DNA of 54,149 nucleotides, counting the filler, from Sphacelaria rigidula (taxonomy: Eukaryota), in the NCBI GenBank assembly GCA_964200075.2. It is 3 parts of 3 records of this genome, joined end to end, with 100 filler letters (N's around TTAATTAATTAA, not from the genome) between each part and the next. Parts side by side here need not be neighbours in the genome. Positions count along the whole stretch, not along the records: positions 36,169 to 54,149 come from CAXNAA020000948.1; 2 more parts are not named here. The stretch is one strand, 5' to 3'. Position numbers and translations under genes: made by a program. Below are positions 51,168 to 54,149 of the stretch, one piece after another. The notes below the pieces were generated by a model. The model was not told the DNA's origin. It was given only the letters and a program-made list of their open reading frames with translations, and searched no databases. How positions within the stretch are numbered: position 1 is the stretch's first letter; the number at the start of each line of letters is the position of its first letter.

Positions 51168-51631
51168 TGTGAAAAGACTGAGCATGTCTCCTCTTTGACA
51201 GGCCTGTCTCTTCTCTATCCGTGGCAGAAAGTACTGGCACCAAGTATCTTTTCCAAGTATAAACTCGACTTGTGTTCGATCTGTCTTAGATTTCACGCGT
51301 AGGTAGATGTCTATAGGTCAGGCAGGACACTTGTTCTCCCTCTATTGTGGTTTGGCTTTATTGTGGTCTGGTTCGTTGCTCTTCCTCGTGTTCGCTTCGT
51401 AGAAGGGTCCAGAGGATGAAGTCAGTACGGAGGCATGTGCCAAATCCTCTGTACTAAACACACACTAAGGCGTTACCGCCTTGGAGAAAGGGAACACACA
51501 TCCTATGTTCCGCTGGTCAGCCAATCACAGACGACTATTATTGTGCCAATCAGACCGGAGATTTCAAGATCTCAGGCAACTACCAGCCTACGGTCCTGAG
51601 AAGGAAATACGAGCCTTGCAACCTCATGACA
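51168..51631 (-). repeat. Gypsy 5' LTR
   Basis: Begins TGTCATGAGG and ends TTCACA on - strand, followed by PBS TGGCGCC. Confidence 0.85.
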
Positions 51632-51899
51632 CTGTTCGCATTGTTGTGGCCATTCACCTTGTTGATTACCACCCATTTCCCCGTATGCTTTGCCTTATCC
51701 ATGCTCTTCCCACGAAACGGAACCGCGATAGGCTTTCCCACGCTTGCTCCCGCCACACTGCCGCCCGTTCCGGATCCCGTTCCCGCAATACCGGCGCTAT
51801 TCGCGGTGTTGCTTGAAGCGCCAACTCTCCCTCCTCCTACTGTCCGATCACGCACGACCTGCTGCGATTTAGCGTTGAATCGTGTCGTAGACCACGACC

Positions 51900-52786
51900 A
51901 TCCCCACGTGGCACCGAAAAAGAGGCAGTCATATGAAGGTGAGATGAAGCCGTGAGGTATCACAGACAAATACAGAGGGGGACAGGGAAACAGGCGCAGG
52001 GGCAGCTAGAAAGGCAGGCAAAGAAAGCCGTGGGGGGATAGGAGCAGCGAGAGGGAGAAAGGCGTCCAGGTCGGGGTGAACGCTGGGAACCTTATTGCGT
52101 CTCAGAGGGGAAATGACCGAAAGCTGCGACCATTCGACCTCTCCTGATGGCGAGCGAGCGTACATTTCCTCCTCCTGTATGGTGGCGAGTAAGGATTGAT
52201 CGTTCCAGGATGATCGGTATACACTTTCATGTACGTGAAGGTCACCGAGGTATGAACTGTACTGTTGGGGTTCCAGGCGGACGAATGAGCGAATCGATGA
52301 ATCAAGCAACCAACCGTTCGGTTTTTTGTTGGATGGCTTCGGTCTGAGGTTCGTCTTTGTCGTGAGGAGGACAGAATAGTCCGTACGTCCCTCCGCTGAA
52401 CCGTGGCGTCTGTCTTTATTTTGATTATGACCCGGATTGCGTCAAGCGACAACGAAGGACCATGGTTTGTTGCTGTAAACCATGACGATAACGGTGGGTC
52501 TGACTTCGGGAGGCATAAAAATTGCAGGCGAAAAGGCTCCGAGAGTCGGGTTCCGTTCGCCGTTGGCCAGCTCTCTGTACACACCGGTGATACTAACGCA
52601 CAGCGGCACTAATGCGAGTTGTTCATGCCTCTTGATCTTTCAGTTGTTCAGAAATATATTCAATGATGGAGGGAGATCTTCAGCGACCATCGTCGTGTAT
52701 CTTCTCATTTTTTTGGTGAAACAAATGTACTATCCCCTTCACGTCGATGGAAAATGAATCCATAAATTTTCGAGGAATCAATGAGC
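51900..52786 (-). pseudogene. Second Ulp1/C48 (SENP6/Ulp2-like) protease remnant
   Basis: Across stops and frameshifts: SIIEYISEQL...AIFMPPEVRPTVIVMVYSNKPWSFVVA*RNPG...PNGWLLDSS...NKVPS...SYDCLFF, resembling HW.LV..PG / LDSL / VP.Q.N.YDCG. Confidence 0.4.
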
Positions 52787-52829
52787 CTGTGGAAAGGACC
52801 GAGGGGGCTGCATTGGTAGACGACGTGGT

Positions 52830-53390
52830 GGGCAGTTCCGACAATGTCAGCGACAGTTCCGACAGTGTTGGAACTGTCCCCGACTGTGCCGGGACTGTGG
52901 GCGATATCGGCCGACAGCTCCGATAGCTCCGATAGCTCCGACGCTGTCGCCGACGCCTAGCCCTACAGTAGCTCTACCCCTTACACAATCTCTCACCCTG
53001 ACCCTAACCCTTACCCTCTGTTCTAGTGTCAGAGCTCTCGATGATGGTGTCAGATCTATTGGAACTGTCGGCGATAAAAGGGCAACCCGGTTACTCGAAC
53101 GTGTCCATCACTCGGCCGACACTGTCGATGTCACCGTCAGAACTATCGAAAGGTCGCCGACACATCGAGTTGTCGGCGGTGTCGGCACCACTGTCGAAGC
53201 CGTCGGGTCTGCCAGCGACACTACTGGTGTTACCGGCCACATGCCGACACCATCGCCGACATCGCTGATAGTTCAGGAGGTGCTGCCGACAGCACCGACA
53301 GCTTCGACAGTGTCGGCACTGCCATCAATGTTGGAAGTGCTGGCAGCGTCGTGAGTTCGGCCGACACCTCCAACATTGTCGAAGAGTGCC
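52830..53390. repeat. Degenerate CCGACA/TGTCGG array with a telomere-like core
   Basis: ~9 bp units (CCGACAGCT, CCGATAGCT, AGTGTCGG) in both orientations around CACCCTGACCCTAACCCTTACCC (~52994-53016). Confidence 0.65.
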
Positions 53391-54149
53391 AAGCCTTGCA
53401 GCGGCACAGTCCTTGCAACACTGATGCGCATACATTGAGTGGCTTGATTGTTGATCTACGAGTTGATACTGGTTATCGGACACACTTTAATTTCCGTCGG
53501 AAATCACGTAGTAGTGCTATTGCTACTAGTACACAAGTATCCACGCAAATATGAACACCGCTCGGTTTCGCGACTAGTATACGGTACGCCGAAAGCGCCG
53601 CACGTTAATCTGCAGGTTGTGTGCTATTCGATTTTGCAATGACTGCTCGGCGGCAATTTGAGTGCTTGGGTAGAAGAAGTCCTATTCATATGTGGGGGTG
53701 GTGCTATGTCTTGCGCATAGTAAACAACTGCATACACATGTAAATCAGGAAGAGACCAACGACACGATCGAGAGGTCCGGGAGCACTTACACCTATTTCG
53801 GGCGGATCTCCCGTACCCTGGGTAACAAGTGGATAGTAACAGAGTCTCCATGCTTACGCGATGATCTCTGCCTATCACTCCGCTCACGGTTGATCCTTGC
53901 GCCACATCGCAAGAATCATATGCGTCGTACCTTCGGCCAGAGAACTTCGACAGTAGCCGACAGCAAGAGGAACCGGAGACTCGCCGTTGGCAGGTTACGT
54001 AGTCGTATCTTAGCCACATGCAATACTCTACATTGGATTGGATAGGACTTTCACGCTTTCATGCTAACAACGACATTGGTTTTGTGAAAAAGTTGTATTT
54101 ATTGCCATAGTTTGCAAACGATAGGGTGAGAGACGGGAGGTGGGGGGGG

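Larger units (their letters stand above)
45063..51631 (-). mobile_element. Decayed Ty3/Gypsy LTR retrotransposon
   Basis: LTRs 51168-51631 and 45063-45516 (TG...CA), TSD CTGT (45059-45062, 51632-51635), PBS TGGCGCC, PPT-like GGGTGGGCTGG; RT (FDLASGFFQ..GLYEWLRM, LKLSPSK), RNase H (FQLHTDAS), integrase (DWDLHL..SYNTSVNAAAGLSP, LSPNWTGPFKI); many frameshifts. Confidence 0.92.

Overview
Eukaryotic, intron-rich, repeat-rich genomic DNA. Its style is most consistent with a brown alga (Phaeophyceae) or related stramenopile; this is an inference from GT-AG introns, TTAGGG-type repeats and the retroelement types. The window is three probably unrelated contigs of near-identical length (1-17984, 18085-36068, 36169-54149) joined by artificial N44-TTAATTAATTAA-N44 spacers. 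Contig 1 carries a partial multi-exon + strand gene for an FHA-FHA-PP2C phosphatase (9 phase-compatible exons) with a very large insertion in the PP2C domain, plus MITEs and SINEs. Contig 2 carries two tandem degenerate Copia elements sharing one LTR, a Ulp1/C48 protease pseudogene, a LINE 3' fragment, an inverted pair of telomere-repeat-containing mini-elements, and a decayed ~6 kb AcademX-like DNA transposon (transposase-like motifs, 5'-nuclease with XRN-like GEGE/GCDFLP motifs, Cys-rich tail). Contig 3 carries a probable - strand orphan gene, foldback-like arrays, tRNA-derived SINEs, a complete-boundary but decayed Gypsy element (CTGT target-site duplication) with nested insertions, and a second Ulp1-like remnant. 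All protein assignments come from manual translation and motif recognition; no database searches were run.
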